NCBI GenBank assembly: GCA_013239625.1
Contig: MU053934.1
Coordinates: 9,011,352-9,075,351 of the forward strand
Length of the DNA stretch: 64,000 nt
Direction of reading: 5' to 3'
Source: Lama guanicoe
Lineage: Eukaryota
Part shown: positions 1 through 11,978 of the stretch, in pieces
How positions within the stretch are numbered: position 1 is the first letter of the stretch
Layout: each line of letters begins with the position of its first letter
Notes under the pieces: model-generated
Databases searched by the model: none
The model's input: the letters and a program-made list of their open reading frames with translations, nothing else
What the model was told of the DNA's origin: nothing
Program-made: the position numbers and the translations under genes

Positions 1-952
1 TGAAATGACAAACAGGATAAGGATACGAAACTGACCACTGACTTTCATAGATATAGCTCAATAGTGACCTAGATAAGTGTCATTTCAATGAAGTTTGGGG
101 CTGAGAACTGAATCAAAGGGGTTGAGAAGAGAATGGAACTATAGACAATTGTTTCAAAGAGTTTCACTGTACTGATTTTAAAAAAAAATGGGGCAACAGC
201 CTGAAAAGACAGCGAGGTTCAAGGGATTTCCCCCCAAGCATATCATTATAAAAATTTCAAACATACAAGTTGAAAGAATTTCATAGTATACCTCCACATA
301 TTTACCACTAAATTCTATAATTAACATTGTACTAAGCTTGCTTTTCACACATCCACCTATCCTCAATGTCCTGTATGTATATATTTATGCCAATGAAAAT
401 TATCCAATAAGGGAGAAACAGACAATTCAAAAGAGAAAGATGATCATTACAAAAGCAAGGAACTGAGGAGGGGACAGGATCCAAAGCACAAGTGGAGAGG
501 ATGGCCTTAGATAGAGTCAAGCACCCTTGTGGTAGTTCCCTGCTAAAAATCCTTCAAAGTCTAACTTTTTCCCCCAGAAAGTTAAATACAAATTCTTCAC
601 TCTGGCAAGGATTTATTCAATAGGATTCCGTATTTCCCACTGCTTCCCTACCTACACACTATATTCTGGCTAATTTGGACTATTACCTATCCCACAAATA
701 GACTTTCACAAAACCCTAGAAAAATACTCTTTACACTATGAGCCCAGCTCAAATGCCAACTCCTCTAGAAAACCTTTCCTAAGCTTCACCTATTCCTGTC
801 CATAACTCCCCAAATCAGATGTTGTATTTTCCTTGTTTAAAGTTTCACGTGTTACTTGGCTTTCTATTTCAGATAGTGTGTCATTTTCTTACACTCCTTA
901 CACCTTCAGGTCAGGAGCTGTCAATCTACACATCTTTTGCTACTTCTAACAC

Positions 953-1012
953 TATATATAATATATACATATATATACATACATATATATATATACACAC
1001 ACGTATATATAT
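953..1012. repeat. (TA)n/(CA)n microsatellite
   Basis: tatatataatatatacatatatatacatacatatatatatatacacacac. Confidence 0.9.
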
Positions 1013-2404
1013 GACAGCTATTTGCTGCATCTGAGTTGAAAACATAAGGTTAAGATTAAAATGAAAATCTTATGCTACCCATAAAAAGCCCAAAATTAGA
1101 TTTTACTAAAAACAAGCAAATGAGAACATGTCAAGTTTTGGCAGGTGGTGACAACAGAAAACTATCACAAATAGTAAAACTAACTAAATTAAAGTATAAA
1201 AGGAAATGAGCATAACAGGGAATTATCAATTGGTTTAACAAAAGTCTATCTGAATATGCCAATAATTCTGTAAAATTAAAAAATGATCTACTAATGTGTT
1301 CAAACGAACATAAATGGAATATCACCCATTAAATCAGTCATAAACAAGTATTATATTGAGTTTTGGCCTTCCTATAGCAAAAAGAATATGAACACCTTAC
1401 GCAAAATTCAGTAATAAGTAAGTCAGAAATTTTTGTTGTGGCAAGATGGCATTGTAGACCGTGCTGAAGTAATCCATGACAGGCTTTCTATGGTACCGAG
1501 AACAGGCTCTAGGTTACCAGTGATTCTCAAGAGGGGAGCTGAGCTTCCTGGGCATGTGGATCTAGAGAGGGGCAAGAGGAATTTGTAAAGGCATTTTCAC
1601 AATAACCTTAAGATATGCTGTTAATCACATTATGTATGTTTAAACTAAGGAAAGAAATAAGATTATTCTGAAACTTGTTTGGCACTAGTTTAAACAAGTT
1701 AAAAACACCACTTTAACAGGATCTTGAATGGTTCAAGTGGACTGAAGTTCAAGACTCTGTGCAAATACTCATTCTCAGGATGGCACTGTTGGAGTTGCAA
1801 AAGGTCACTGAGCCACCCTTCACATAATCACCAGTTAAAAGGTGAGAATCAACTGGTGGTGGCCCCAGTAACTTCCTGATAAATGAGTGGTAGGGTAAGA
1901 ATGCAGGAGTCATTAAAGTAATTACCTTTTCGAGGTTTTTTTGATAACAACAGAAAGTGAAAATGAGGAAATACAGTACACAGAAGAGGCAAGAAAATCT
2001 TCAAATATGTGACTATTTCTAAGCTCAGATATTCTTTTCACATGTACTGAGTGCAAAAGAAAACATTAAACAGCAGCTGTTTTTTATAGGGCAACAGAAA
2101 TTTCACTACAGTTCCACAATAATTATTTCCAGATTTGGTGTGCCAGGAAAACACATATTTAAGTGTCTTCTTTGTGTCTGTGAAATAAATTAATTTACTG
2201 AGGCAACAGTTATCTTTCAGCTCAAATAAGGTTTCTGAGGTAAGAAAGGAAATCTGGGCTGAGAGAGCCAAAGGGAGGCTCCAGATTTAGGGGAAATTTA
2301 AAAAAAAGAACACTCTTTTTAGGTCCTACATCACCTGTTTGGGTAACATAACCCCACTGGTTCCCGTCACAGAGTCATGGGGAGTCTGGCCAGGCCCTAA
2401 CCCT

Positions 2405-2566
2405 AATCCAGGCTCTGCCACTTCCTGGGGAAACTTGGAAAGTCATTTGGCCCCTCTGAACCTCAGTTTCCTCCACTGTAAAATGGGGACAACACCCATG
2501 TGTGAGGGTTAAGCAAAAAAGGCGCTGCCAAGAACTTGGTAAAAGCTCAGTAAACACGGTCATTAT
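2405..2566 (+). mobile_element. MIR SINE
   Basis: Core CCTCAGTTTCCTCCACTGTAAAATGGGGA preceded by GGCTCTGCCACTT. Confidence 0.8.
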
Positions 2567-3038
2567 CACAATATTCCTGGGAAGGTTCCTTGGATCCCAA
2601 TGGTTGTTCGGGCTCCTTGGAACCACTTACTTCCTCCAGATCTCGCTCCCACTTCACCTCCTTGGATGAGAGACCGAAGGGAATGGAGACGAGAGGACAG
2701 GTGACCAGGGCGGAGGAGCGAGGATGTATGTGGGAGTGGGGGGTGCAGGGCCGGGGCCTGGCCTGTGGCGGGGCCTTAGGGTAAGGGCTGGGGCAGAGGG
2801 CGAGGGTCGGCTCCCTGACACCTCCAACCCCCCAGGGCCGAGTCACAGGGTCGCCTCTAGCCCCATCCTCCCACCTCCGTCCCCGAGGCGGAGGGTGCGG
2901 GCCGGGCCGGGGGGTTGGCCGAGGCCGGCAGGGCAGTAGCCGCCTGAGTCCAGGCCGCGAGGCCACACTGCGGGACCCCTCAGGCAAGATGGGCCCGGAC
3001 AGCCAAGGTGGGCGGAGGCGGTCTGGGTCCCAAGTTAC

Positions 3039-3147
3039 CGGAGCCATTGGGGCCGATGATACAGGTGAACCTCTTGAAGGGGCCTATGACCTGGCGACCC
3101 CGCCAAGACTTGAAATTCTCCACAAACAGCAGCTCCAAACGACCCAT
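3039..3147 (-). CDS. SMC1B: SMC1B coding exon 1 (meiotic cohesin SMC1beta, N-terminal ATPase head); remaining exons lie left of the window
   Basis: Minus strand reads GCCGCCATG G (Kozak) then [37 protein letters not shown], the SMC1 ENFKS motif and the start of Walker A (GPNGSGKS). The 109-nt exon ends at a GTAACT donor (GT at 3038-3037). Head-to-head position with RIBC2 fits SMC1B rather than SMC1A. Not in the ORF track because it is <60 aa. Confidence 0.96.
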
Positions 3148-3218
3148 GGCGGCGTCCTCCGAGTCTCAGGGGCGTCCTCACACGCCGTTGGGAAAAGCGC
3201 GGGAAGGGCCTCGTGCCG

Positions 3219-3228
3219 TCTCGCGAGA
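3219..3228. promoter_or_regulatory. TCTCGCGAGA palindrome (BANP / CGCG element)
   Basis: Exact 10-bp palindrome between the two start codons; a known CpG-island promoter motif. Confidence 0.7.
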
Positions 3229-3258
3229 GGAAGCGAGAACACGGGCGAGCGCGGCGCT

Positions 3259-3298
3259 GTTTCTTGGCAACCGGAGTTGTTTACGTTTCCGAGGAAAC
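3259..3298. promoter_or_regulatory. X-box / forkhead / X-box cluster (RFX + FOXJ1-type)
   Basis: GTTTCTTGGCAAC (3259-3271), TGTTTAC (3278-3284) and GTTTCCGAGGAAAC (3285-3298) lie upstream of a motile-cilia gene. Confidence 0.7.
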
Positions 3299-3456
3299 CG
3301 AGAGGTGGGGAAAGCCTCTGCGAGCTGACTCGGATCCCACCGGCCCGACCTCTTAGGGCAGCCTCGCTTGGCTTGAGCTTGTTCTATTTTTATTGCCTTT
3401 CATTTTTATCTCTCATTTTAAAAAACCCTCTTAGAATTTCTTGGTGATTCCCAGTC

Positions 3457-3570
3457 ATGGAGGTAGTGCAACCCAAGGACCTGGAGAAGTACTGTGGCCT
3501 GGCCAAAAGGAGTCATGCGGAGCTGTGCAGACAGAAACGAATCTTCAATGCCAGGAACAGGATCATTGGG
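3457..3570 (+). CDS. RIBC2: RIBC2 coding exon 1 (RIB43A domain with coiled-coils 2)
   Basis: MEVVQPKDLEKYCGLAKRSHAELCRQKRIFNARNRIIG; GTCATGG start; donor GTGAGA at 3571, phase 0. Confidence 0.93.
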
Positions 3571-4374
3571 GTGAGACCCTCAGTCCGAAAGGGGAAGGGG
3601 CCAGGAGGGGATGTGGAGGAGAGGTGCAGGGTGAGAGAGGCGGGCGGCAGGAGGCTAGAGGAACACTTGGAATGAAACTTTTGATTCAGGCACAGCTGCA
3701 AACAGGTCCAGACCTGGCTGGGAAGAATAGTTTCATGTATTGACTTTGCTGAGGATGAGAAGATCTTAACAGACCTAATAATGCCCCCCTCCCCCATCAC
3801 TTGCCAGACGGGCAAATTTAGTCCTGCAGCAGGGAGGGAGCTTGTCTGGAGTTAGTGACCAAACAGAAACTAGAACGCGATTCTCCTCTCAGCCAGATTT
3901 TCTACATTGCCAGGAGTTCCCTCCAGTCCATTCATGTGACAAATGCCAGCGGAGTTTCTATTTTGTGGCAAGCCTGAGCTGGGCCCAAGAGATGAGGCAA
4001 TCATTGACCTTGCGGAGTTCATAGCCCAGTGGGAAAGGCAGGCATTAAAATAGTCACATTAGAATGCACTGGAGTCAGTGCTGTGAGGGAGGGCAGCACA
4101 GGGTGCCAGGGAGCACCACCTGGGGCTGGGAGAGGAAATCAAAGAGGGCTTCCCAGAGGAGGTGATGCCTAAGTAGTGTTCTGAGGATGAGGACGTATTG
4201 GCTAAGAAAAGGAGAAGGAAGCTCTGGGAAAAGTTAAGACAGGCTGAAGAACCAACTATAAGGAAAGCATCCAGGTATATGAAAAAATCTGGTTTACAGT
4301 GGGACAAGGCTACAAAGACAAGTAGAATTGTTATTAACTGAATAAAATTATTTGGCTCTAATTCTCTTTCCCAG

Positions 4375-4456
4375 GGAGACACAGAAGCCTGGGATGCTCA
4401 GGTTTGTGACCAAAAGATAAAAGAAGCTACTGAAAAAGCTAGACAGGAAACCTTTG
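4375..4456 (+). CDS. RIBC2: RIBC2 coding exon 2
   Basis: Acceptor ttctctttcccag; GDTEAWDAQVCDQKIKEATEKARQETF plus 1 nt; donor GTGAGC; 82 nt. Confidence 0.95.
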
Positions 4457-5169
4457 GTGAGCATTCCCTGAATAGCCATCTAGTAGTTCAGGGCTGTGTA
4501 CCTTTAGACTCCAGTCCCCATTTCCTCACATATATAGAAATGTCACTTTCACTCCCTTCCTCCCTTTAAAATTTCACAATTTCTTGTGCTCAATTAACTT
4601 AATGCACTGATTCTTCCTCACTTAAAACAAAAATAGCTATTGAATTCTAGGTGGGCTGTAGGAAATTTATTTTGAGGATAAATGTAAGTTTTTCTCTGTT
4701 TTCTTAAAAAACCTGGGTATGAAAAACCCTAAACACACACATATCCTCTGCCAGAAATTTCAAGACCTTCTACTGGGGACAGCTGTTTACACAGACAACA
4801 TACACTCCTGAGCTCACACTCCTGAGCTGACTCAGAACCAGATATGGATCAGATAATAGTGTTCAGGCTCTTAGATTAAATTCTCAAATGGAATGCACTT
4901 TGCTTCATCATGTTCAACAATTTTTCTTAAAGCAGTTAAGGATTATTTTAATGGGAAAAAAGCAAGATACAAAATTGTATATACAATGGGTTATCAATTA
5001 AGTTTAAATATATGTAAATATGCATATGTTTAAAAATATGCTTAGAAAAAGACCAAAAGGAAATATATCAAAATGTTAGCTGTGGTAAAGTTGAAGTGAT
5101 GGGAGTTGAAGTGATGGCATGATGGGTAAAGTTCATTTCCTTCTTTATACTGTTTCCTATTTTCTAAAC

Positions 5170-6120
5170 CTTTTACCTTTTAGAATTTTAGCTTAAAAGG
5201 AATTCAAACTTACTGAAATGATGGAACAGACATGTACGTACCCACCACCAGATTAGATGCTAATATTTTGGCAAATTGGTTTTAGATATCTTATTTTAAG
5301 GATACTTTTTGAGAATTAAATGTACCAACGTAGTTAAAGCTCTCGCCCACCTTACCATTTTCCTCTTCTTCCCTCCTTCGAGCTGTGATCATTCTTGTGC
5401 ATGTGTTTGTAACTTCATTATTTATGTATGTATGTCTGTGACAATATAAAGTTTTTGTGTATGTGTTTTAAATTTTTGCATAAATGGTGTTCTACTGAAT
5501 GTATCCTTTTGCAACATTAAAAAAATTCAACAGTCTACTCTTGGAATTAATCAGTAATCTACACACAGAATATTCATTTAAATTCCTTTATGATATTTTG
5601 TTATATGAATTTTAACCACAATTTCTTTATCTATCCCCTATTGGTGGCTGATTTAGATTTTTTTCCAGTTTTTTTTTTAAATTGCTAACAATGTTAGTGA
5701 CTACTCTGCATCATGTCCCTGCTGCACATGTCCCTGTTGTACCTAGAAGTGGAGCTGGCAGGTCACAGGATGTGCATGTTCTCATTTTTATGGGATACTG
5801 GCAAACTGCTTTCTAAAGTTACCAGTGTACCAAGTGACACTCCCACAAGCAGTGAAGAAGAAATCTGTCTCCCCACATCTTTGCTAATATGCGATATTGT
5901 TAGTATTAGATTTGCCAATCCATTGAACGTTCCCCATCTTGTAAGGTTGACGATATGTTTTTCATAAATGTATTGATCATTCAGGTTTCTTTTTAGTGAT
6001 TTGCCTTTTCCTATCCTTTGTCCTCTTTTTGTCTAGGTTGCTTGGCTTTTTTAAAAGTTAATTTATGAGGTGCTTTTTGTATATTCAGGGTACTAATCCT
6101 TTAATGGTTGTGTTACCTTT
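5170..6120 (-). mobile_element. Ancient L1 (L1ME-like) 3' fragment in RIBC2 intron 2
   Basis: T-rich degenerate L1 antisense motifs (ACCTAGAAGTGGAGCTGGCAGGTCACAGG, CTCCCACAAGCAGTG, ATTCAGGGTACTAATCCTTT). Confidence 0.65.
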
Positions 6121-6225
6121 TTGGAGGGTTATATCACTTTTAGAATAACTAAAAAATTTTTTAAGTGGACTCGAATTAATTTTTTCCACTGAATCGTAAG
6201 CTTATGGATATGCTGTCTCTTTTAG

Positions 6226-6570
6226 CTGCTGAAATGAGGCAAAATGACAAGATCAAGTGCATATTAGAAAACCGGGAAAGGAGAGATAGGAAAAATCTCT
6301 GTAAAGCTATCAATGACTTCCAACAGAGCTTCCAGAAGCCAGAAAGTCGCCGTGAATTTGACCTCTCTGACCCCCTTGCCCTTAAAAAAGATCTTCCAGC
6401 CCGGCAGTCAGATTTCGATGCTCGGAATACAATATCAGGGATGCAGAAATTCATGGGAGAGGATTTAAACTCCCACGAGAGGAAGAAATTTCAACAGGAA
6501 CAAAACAGAGAATGGTCCTTGCAACAGCAAAGGGAATGGAAGATAGCCCAGGCTGACCAAAAATGCGCAG
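6226..6570 (+). CDS. RIBC2: RIBC2 coding exon 3
   Basis: Acceptor gtctcttttag; AAEMRQNDK...RREFDLSDPLALKKDLPARQSD...QKFMGEDLN...QKCA (RIB43A core motifs); donor GTAACG; 345 nt. Confidence 0.96.
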
Positions 6571-7039
6571 GTAACGGAACAAAAAAAAGACAAAATGTGT
6601 TTCAATACTTTCTACAACAAATCAACCCCCACCACCACCATTTCTTCCCCTTGTTTCATTTTGTCTCTTAAGTCCTACTAATGTGCTACTTTGGACATGA
6701 GGGCCGAAGAAGGCCTCGGAGCCTGTGCTCCAGGGTTTGAGCATCCCTAGTGACATGGCCGCTCTGCGGGGACACTCTCTGAGCTTGTGCCCCAGTTGGG
6801 TGCTGGAGCACCGGGTAACGCAGAGCCAGTTCTGGCCCTCAGAGTGTCCACGGTCTGCTGGGAAGATAATGGGAAAGATATAGGGCCAGACTAAGTCGGT
6901 TCGTATCCAGTAAAACACTCTGATCATCCCGCAAACCTGACCAACCACCTGCATCAGTGGGTGCCCCGCTCTTCTGGCTGTCCAGGCTCAAACCCAAGTC
7001 AGCGCGGCTCCTCCCTCTCTCTCCGATGCCGCCTGCAGT

Positions 7040-7330
7040 CCAGCAGCAAGTCATCTCAAATCACAGCCCCCTCCGCCACTGCCGCTCTGGACTAAGCGGC
7101 CAACATCTCCCAGCTGGATCCCTGCTGTAGCCTCTGACTGGCTTCTGCTTCTTACCTTGTCCTGTTTACCGTCTCTTCTCAACCCAGCAGCCAGAATGAC
7201 TCTGTTAAAAGTTAAGCTGGGTCCTTTGCTCAAAACCTTCCAATAGCTTCTCATTTCACTCAGTAAAAACCAAACTTATTTCAAGGACCAAGAAGGCCTT
7301 CCCAGTCTGACCTTGTCTCCTACTGGGCTG
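7040..7330 (+). mobile_element. L2 LINE fragment
   Basis: CCCAGCAGCCAGAATGACTCTGTTAAAA...GCTCAAAACCTTCCAATAGCTTCTCATTTCACTCAG. Confidence 0.7.
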
Positions 7331-7623
7331 CCCCCTAAACCTCTCTCCCCCGTGCCCTCTACCACGATAGACATCACTAATCCAGAGCAGACTTTACCAG
7401 TGCACGGTGGTAACTGCTGACACTCGGTGCCAGGCTCTGATCTAAGAGCTTTACTTAAATGAACTCGTCCGAGTCTGCCAACAACCTTCTGACGCATCTC
7501 GGTTCTTTGGATGGGGGCATGGTGAGAAGCCAACGCGTGAACACGTCCCGCGGGGTGCGCTGTGCATCTGGGCAGGTGCGCTGGGCCGCGTGCAGAGTTT
7601 GATTGCTTTGTGCTTCCTTTCAG

Positions 7624-7742
7624 AGGACCTCTACATGAAGACAAGGCTGCAGTTTGACGAAACTGCCAAGCATTTACAGACTCTGGAAAGCACCACCAGA
7701 AAGGCGGTTTGTGCCGCTGTGAAAGAATTCAACAAGAGCCAG
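7624..7742 (+). CDS. RIBC2: RIBC2 coding exon 4
   Basis: Acceptor cttcctttcag; EDLYMKTRLQFDETAKHLQTLESTTRKAVCAAVKEFNKSQ; donor GTATGC; 119 nt. Confidence 0.95.
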
Positions 7743-9900
7743 GTATGCCCCGGGCTCTGTCTGAGGGGGAGGACAGGCACACAGCCACCTCCCCGGGGCA
7801 CCCCATTCACTGGATCACATCACAAACCCCAACGGGGCCCTGCTGGGGGCTCCCTAGTTACAGAGATGGATGAGCCCCAGCCCCTGCTCCTCAGCTCTGA
7901 ATCGGGGCCTGAAACCTGACAAAACTGGCCACGGGACCTGGGGAAGTCAGGTCACCTTTCTAAATAAACCTCAGGTTCTTCTGTGATAGGAGGACAGCGA
8001 CATCTGCCTGGATGGGTACCACCTAGCGCTGCTGACCAAACACCTGGTCTTGTTTTCAGTTCTTCTCTGCCACCTCTGAGAGTTCCTCCAAGACCAGGTC
8101 CACAGGCATTCATCAGGGGAGAAACTGTTATGATGATGATTCGTGCAAACTTTGGGCATCCCCTGGCAGCTCCCTCCTCTCTAAACTCTGCCCATCTTCC
8201 TCACAAACACTCCTTTCCCCACCCGTCCCAAACTGAAGTTGTTTCAAGTTCTTTATTCCTTTTGGAAATGGGACCCCCTCCCTTCCAGGTTTCCTTTTCA
8301 AATGTAATTATATTTCCTGGCTGGGGAAGGGGCTTGGCCTGGATTCGCTGATTAGATTAGCTGGCTGGCCAGAGCGATGGTCTGCAGAGTTGAGTAAGAG
8401 AATCCACTGGGGAGCAGGAGGAAGATGTTAGAACCCTGCTTCCTATTTATTTTTAACCTCATCATTTAAAATTCCCATGTTTGTGAGTATGTGGGTGTCA
8501 TGAAGTACATGCTGTTTTTATGGTCTAAGAGGACCACACTGTGAACTAAATATATTGGAAACACAAGCTCAAAAATGTTCTACTGATGAGGGTATGGAAT
8601 CAACAGTCCCGGAGTGTTTGGGCCAGACACCAGAGAGAATGTTGGTTTTCAACAGCAGGGGAGAGGAACAAGGAAGACCAACTACCAGAGATGGGGCGGG
8701 TTGAGGGGAACAAAGGGCAGACGGAGGCCCCTGGAGCCCCTGGTCACCAACCAGTAGCCGCAGGAGGTCTCAGAGACCAGCTGGCCCCACGCTTCATTCT
8801 GCAGAGGCGGTCCTCACAGAGGAGGTCAGGCCCTTCTCTGTCACCTTGGAGAAGCCACTCTAAGTGCCTCAGTTTTATCATCTGGAGAATGGGAATAGAG
8901 ATGACACCTACCTAAATGAGCCTGAATGAGAAACACCTCCCAAATCTCGGTGGCTTGAAACACACAGTTGATGTTCATCGCCCTATCAGAGGGGCATGAG
9001 TAACCCAATTTCACTGATAAAAGAAACAGGCTCAGAGTAGGGAACTGACTTTCTTAGGGACAGCTGAGTACTAATCTGATTTGCTTTGGAAGACTCAAAT
9101 ACTGCACTTCCAAATACTGCAAGTCCAGTATTGGAATCTGGGCCTGTCCAGCTGCAAAGCACGTGCTTCTGTGACACAATTGAGGTGGCCCCCTTGTGAG
9201 CACCTGCTGTGTGTGGGCACCTGGCAAAGTGCCCTGTCTGTTCAGTACTAAAGAGAACTGGTAATATTGAGATATGTCTCTTGATCCATCTCTTGACTTC
9301 ACAGAGAAATAACTACAGCCCAGGGAGGGGAGGTGACTTCCTCCAGGCCACATAGCCAGGGTCCGTTCCCTCTACCCATAAACCTCCTGTGGACAGGGGT
9401 TTGGCCAAGGATTTATTTTTCCCCTGGGTCAAGGCTGGGGGCAGCAGAAACATGGAGGCGACAATGCTTTTTCCCCTTTTAGAAGTCACCACTGCTATGA
9501 ATCACTTGTTTGGCTGTTGTTTGTGGCCCACCACTGTCTGAGGGTGCCTAGGGCCACAGGGAGGGGCACAGAGCCCTGTCTTAGGCCAAGCCGAGGGGAT
9601 GGCAGCCTAATGGGGGATTGTGGGGAGTCAGCTCCCTGCTTCGCAAATCGCTGCAAACCAAACCTGCAGTAGTTATGCACACGACCAACAGGTAGGGATT
9701 CCCTGAGCCCAGCCCACTCAGCACCGCCCAGGCAGCCGGGGGTCCAAGGGTCTCCCCACAGCCATGCCTGACAAGTCTACCACCCCGGGGCCGTGTAGCA
9801 CATTCTTCCTTCAAGGGCCCCCAGTGAGACTTGCCAGCCTGTGCCTTAATCCCACTGGGGGTTGCTCGGAGTGTCTTCTTTAATGTCTTCCCCTGTGCAG

Positions 9901-10128
9901 GCCTTGGAGTCAGTGGAAAAGAAAATTCAAGAGAAAAAACAAGAACAAGAGGACAATCTGGCTGAGATCTCCAGCCTGCTGCGAGGGGACCTGCTCTCGG
10001 AGAACCCGCAGCAGGCTGCCAGCTCCTTCGGGCCCCACCGCGTGGTCCCCGACCGCTGGAAGGGCATGACCCAGGAGCAGCTGGAGCAGATCCGCCTGAT
10101 TCAGAAACAGCAAGTCCAGGAGAAGCTG
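9901..10128 (+). CDS. RIBC2: RIBC2 coding exon 5
   Basis: Acceptor ttcccctgtgcag; ALESVEKK...GDLLSENPQQAASSFGPHRVVPDRWKGMTQEQLEQIRLIQKQQVQEKL; donor GTACCA; 228 nt. Confidence 0.95.
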
Positions 10129-10319
10129 GTACCAGCCCCTCCCCTCCTCTCAGAGCCCGCAGACGCAGCTCTGGGATACCTGCAGCCTGCCTCGGGCATC
10201 TGTCTAGTTATAGCCGCTGTCACACCCAGCCTAGAAGCTGCCCTCAAGACGTTTATGTTCCAGTGGGGGGGAGGACAAGACCCCAGTAATCCCATATGTG
10301 CTGAGTGCTGGGGAGGGGA

Positions 10320-11065
10320 GTAGGCCAGGGGAGGAAGGCCATCAGGGGACTGAGAAGTGGCTTTGGAACAAAGACATGAAGGAGGGGAGGGAGGGAGCCG
10401 TGCACATGTCTAGGGAAAGGACGACCAGGGACCAGGGTGAGTGAACTGCAAGGGCAGAGGCCCTGAGGTGGGACCACCTGCCTGTTCAGAGCAGAGAGGA
10501 ATCCGGTGGCTGGAGTGGAGGGAGGGGAGGGGGCAGGATGAGGTCCAAGAGGTGGAGGATCGAAGGCCTGGCAGGCCACGGGGGAAGACTTGGCCTCTTT
10601 TGTGATGAAATGGGGAGCTCTGGAGGGTTTTGAGCAGAGGAGTGACAGGATCTCACTTGCATTTAACAGAATCCATCTTACCGCTGTGTCAAGGGTAGAC
10701 CTAGCAGGTTAAGAGGGAAGGAGAGAGATCACTGAAGAGGCTGTTGCCATGGTCAAGGTCAGAGATGGTGCTGGCTGGGGCCAAGGCACTGGCAGCAGAG
10801 GTGCTGAGAAGTGGTCGGATTCTGGATTTATTTGGAAGGTAGAGAGGACAGGATTGGTTGAAGGGTTCAGCATGGCACGCAGGAGACAGGGGACTTAGGG
10901 GTTACACTCGGCCTTCTGGCCTGAGCAATGAGAGAATGGAGTTCGCATTTACAGGGATGGGAAGATGGTGGGAGGAGCAAGTCCAGGAGGGAGGTTGATG
11001 GGGGAATGGAAATCACAAGTGCAATTTTGGATATGTTGTGTGCAATATTCTTTAGACATCTACAT
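10320..11065 (-). mobile_element. L2 LINE fragment
   Basis: GGAGGGTTTTGAGCAGAGGAGTGACAGGATC; GAGAAGTGGTCGGATTCTGGATTTATTTGGAAGGTAGAG. Confidence 0.75.
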
Positions 11066-11079
11066 CTCTTAGGATTCCA

Positions 11080-11470
11080 CTGAAAACCCCAAATGACACC
11101 ACCTTAAATAAAACAAAACTTTATCTCTTGCATGTAGACTAAATCCTTAGAAAACAGAGCTGGTGTGGTAGCTCCATGGTCATCTAATGTTCTGCCATCC
11201 TCAGCACCTGGCTCCCACCTCTTAACGCAGAATGGCTGCTTGAGCTCCAGTCATCATATGCATATTCCAGCCAGCAGGAAGAAGGAAGAGGGAAGAACAC
11301 CAGAGACACTTCCCAGAAATTTCACAAGACATTTCCACTTATATTTCATTGGACAACTTAGTCACTAGGCTGTCCTTAACTATAAAGAAGGCTGGGACAT
11401 ATAATGTGTATTCCAGGCACTGAAGTGCTGGTGATTATTTAGGAAGAAGGGAAAATGGCTACTGGTGGAC
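11080..11470 (-). mobile_element. Old MaLR LTR (MLT1-like)
   Basis: AGAATGGCTGC...CTCCAGTCATCATATGCATATTCCAGCCAGCAGGAAG; TTTCATTGGACAACTTAGTCACTAGGC. Confidence 0.6.
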
Positions 11471-11799
11471 AAATTATATTTTCTGACACAACTCCCAAGT
11501 AAAGCCCAGCAGGCAGCTGAATGTGTAGTCTGGAGCTCAGAACAGAATCTGGGCTGGAGACAGAAACATGGAGTCGTCGCTGCACTGAGGGTATTTAAAA
11601 GCTGCGAACCCGGGGATCACGGGGATCACGAGGCGAGTGAGTGGAGACAGAGGAGCAGGGCAGGAGGCTGGAAAAGCTGTTGGAATGAGGGTGTGGAGAG
11701 CGCAGAAGAGATAGGCCAGCGGGGTGGCGAATGGGACTCGAAGGCGAGACTTGAGAGGGTAGCGCTCTCGATGGTGACAAGGTGAGGGCAGAGGTCCTC

Positions 11800-11978
11800 C
11801 GAGCAGGGTCTCCTGACCACAGCATCAGCCTCGTCTAGGAACCTGAGAGAGAGCAGATTCTCAGGCCCTGCCCCAGACCTACTGAGCCAGAAACACGGAG
11901 GTGGGGCCCATAGTCCGTGGCCTAGCACTGCCCCACCCCAAGAGGTTCTGACGCCCGCTGGAGTTGGAGGACCACTGG
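11800..11978. mobile_element. MER5A-like hAT DNA transposon
   Basis: GCAGATTCTCAGGCCCTGCCCCAGACCTACTGAGCCAGAAAC...GGAGTTGGAGGACCACTG. Confidence 0.7.

Larger units (their letters stand above)
2700..3400. promoter_or_regulatory. CpG island / bidirectional promoter of SMC1B and RIBC2
   Basis: GC- and CpG-dense segment spanning SMC1B exon 1. The two ATGs (3147 minus, 3457 plus) diverge with 309 bp between them. Boundaries approximate. Confidence 0.9.

Noticed and set aside
1..3038. SMC1B exon 2
   Set aside because: No KSN(V/L)MDA-type continuation of Walker A seen on the minus strand; this is intron 1 with repeats.
2547..3447. Overlapping ORFs 2547-3047, 2989-3447 and 3008-3328
   Set aside because: Antisense or off-frame products of the CpG island and SMC1B exon 1.
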